From contig CM102289.1 of NCBI GenBank assembly GCA_046563655.1, forward strand, positions 6,200,001-6,264,000: a stretch of 64,000 bases of DNA, given 5' to 3'. Under the pieces are notes generated by a model, which did not search any database, was not told where the DNA came from, and was given only the letters and a program-made list of their open reading frames with translations. Position 1 is the first letter of the stretch. Every line of letters starts with the position of its first letter. Shown piece by piece: positions 62,161 through 64,000 of this stretch. The translations under genes were made by a program, and so were the position numbers. This DNA comes from Yuukianura sp. NJ FZ-2021. Its lineage: Eukaryota.

Positions 62161-64000
62161 ATGTCCAACAGACGTGTGAAGGGGTCAAGGTCACTGGGTG
62201 GATTTTGGTCAAATTTCTTCCGAGCTTCGACTGGATCCTCTTCTGATTCAAAAACGGAACCGGAGCCTGTGACGGGCCTATCAATGGTTGTGAGGTCAAC
62301 GCCCCCTGTCTCCCGGAGGTCAAGTTTGGATAGTCTAAATACAATTCAAAGTACTCATAGCTTTGCCTTTGTGAGTCCAAAAGCATATGTGGGCCGAGGA
62401 GAGCGTAGAAGAGGTCGCCGAATCCCCGTAGAAGCGGATGATAGTCACTTCCGTCAAGAACCACAAAAACCACAATTAAAGTCCAAACAAAAGAAAAATG
62501 ATGATGGAACGCTCTGTTTTGCTCTCAAGTCAAAATACAATCTCCAATCCTGCGAATCCTTAGCAATTGGAACATTTACCAGGCCAGATCGAGTTGACCT
62601 TGATCAACAGGTCAAACCTGGGCCATCATCTAGAGGTCACAGACTAGTCACTCCGTCGCCGTCGTGTCAAAGGAGGCGATCTCCAAGGTCAAAATTGCCC
62701 AGTCATCAAAACTTGTCAAGAAAGCATCAAGTAGCCGAGAAAGGTCAAGTTCCACTTGACGCAAGCAAACAAGAAAATATCGCGGCTTCTATTCAAAAAA
62801 AGCGTCGAGCTCCACTTCCACCGTCCGTCAAACCTGTTCAAACAAACACTTATGACGCACGGCGTGAACAAAGTCATCATCCAGAAGTTGATACAAGTCA
62901 ACGACATCGTCGATGTCAAAGTGACACGACCGCTTGCGAACGATCTAGACCAAAAGCTCATGTAGCAGGAAAAAGACGAGCACCACCAACTCCGACGCAG
63001 GCTGGAATTTTAACAGAATCGAAGCATTTAGGGAATCAATCTGAAATGTTTGGAAAAAAGGAAATGCCGATTTCAAATCGCCCGCCATTAGGTCCAGGTT
63101 TAGATGTTAAGCCATTGCCACGTCCTTGGTATAAACGAAGGAGTAGCGGAGGTAGCAAAAGTCCCGCGAAATCGCCCAATCCAAAACCGATTATAAACTT
63201 GCCAAATCTATCAAAATTGGATCAAGAAGCTGCTCAAATTATTGAAGAAAATAATCGGCGCTCAGCTGAAGTTTCTCATAATCAAACAGCAAAAGAACTT
63301 ATAAACATGTTCAACTCTACGTTCAATACAAGTAAGGGCGTGGTTAGTGAAAATGAGTCGGCGGGGTCAAAGGTTAAAATCCAAACCACTCCAAACTCTG
63401 CCAAGTCTACAGCAAAACCAATAAGCCAAATTGATGTCATTAAAAATTCCAATGGCAAGGAGCCAGAAGTCGAAGACAGAAAAAAACTGGCAATTGTTCA
63501 ACCTCAAAAATCTAATTCAACGTCTGCTTCCGTCAAGGCGAACAGTCAACTTGGTGCATCTGCGCAGACAACTTCGCCAAACACTCCACGGAACAGTACG
63601 TCTGCGCAGAACGGCCTGAGAACTTCTGTTGCTCTGCAGAACGGAGCTACTTCGGAGTTCTGGGCATGTCCGCGCTGTACTTTGAATAATTCCGGGTGGA
63701 GAGCGTTTTGTGACGTATGTTTCTTTAGGAAAGACAGTGTAATTGTCTCAACTGTGCAAACACAAGTGACCGTTCAAAGTTCACAACCAGCAGCACAACC
63801 TAGCGGGAACGTTCAAAACTCTACGAATGTTGTGGCTACTGACTCATTAGTTGCGCCGACAGCAGATTCAGGAGTTGTACGCATGCGAGCTGAACCCCAT
63901 GATGATGTAACTTCGCAGTCGAATTTACCGCCTTGCCAAAACTTTTTGAGTCAACTTCCCTCTAAACAATCATTGCCAAAAGAGAAAGTTGGTTTGAAAT
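62161..64000 (+). CDS. Large low-complexity protein N-terminus with two KRRAP motifs and a RanBP2/NZF-type zinc finger; continues beyond the window (possibly arthropod RBCK1/HOIL-1-like, unconfirmed)
   Basis: ATG at 62161 follows an in-frame TAA (62152-62154), and the frame is open for >610 codons to the edge, which is why the ORF track omits it. KKRRAPLPP (62797-62823), GKRRAPPTP (62968-62994), PRPWYKR, and WACPRCTLNNSGWRAFCDVC (63661-63720). Confidence 0.8.
   Translation, partial: MSNRRVKGSRSLGGFWSNFFRASTGSSSDSKTEPEPVTGLSMVVRSTPPVSRRSSLDSLNTIQSTHSFAFVSPKAYVGRGERRRGRRIPVEADDSHFRQEPQKPQLKSKQKKNDDGTLCFALKSKYNLQSCESLAIGTFTRPDRVDLDQQVKPGPSSRGHRLVTPSPSCQRRRSPRSKLPSHQNLSRKHQVAEKGQVPLDASKQENIAASIQKKRRAPLPPSVKPVQTNTYDARREQSHHPEVDTSQRHRRCQSDTTACERSRPKAHVAGKRRAPPTPTQAGILTESKHLGNQSEMFGKKEMPISNRPPLGPGLDVKPLPRPWYKRRSSGGSKSPAKSPNPKPIINLPNLSKLDQEAAQIIEENNRRSAEVSHNQTAKELINMFNSTFNTSKGVVSENESAGSKVKIQTTPNSAKSTAKPISQIDVIKNSNGKEPEVEDRKKLAIVQPQKSNSTSASVKANSQLGASAQTTSPNTPRNSTSAQNGLRTSVALQNGATSEFWACPRCTLNNSGWRAFCDVCFFRKDSVIVSTVQTQVTVQSSQPAAQPSGNVQNSTNVVATDSLVAPTADSGVVRMRAEPHDDVTSQSNLPPCQNFLSQLPSKQSLPKEKVGLK

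Overview
AT-rich eukaryotic genomic DNA with short GT-AG introns. It is almost certainly arthropod; the chemoreceptor families and intron sizes suggest a hexapod, possibly a springtail (inference). I reconstructed 11 protein-coding genes by hand, most of them split across or missing from the ORF track: a non-canonical poly(A)/terminal uridylyl transferase (-, runs off the left edge), two paralogous secreted C-type lectin-like genes (one nested antisense in a DDR intron), an 11-finger zinc-finger gene, a 10-exon Cys-loop ligand-gated ion channel, two divergent 3-exon 7TM chemoreceptor-like genes, a discoidin domain receptor (DDR) followed by about 25 kb without recognisable coding exons, a tandem pair of gustatory receptors, and a KRAP-motif/RanBP2-finger ORF running off the right edge. 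Three non-autonomous repeat elements are visible, one with a TTAA target duplication confirmed by an empty paralogous site. Most notable: the DDR kinase has HFA instead of DFG (likely pseudokinase); the channel has EAR instead of the PAR anion filter; the nucleotidyltransferase has Tyr at the uridine-specifying His position; and an inverted-repeat element fills a zinc-finger intron and supplies its splice acceptor. No prokaryotic features, CRISPR arrays, tRNA or rRNA genes were seen.
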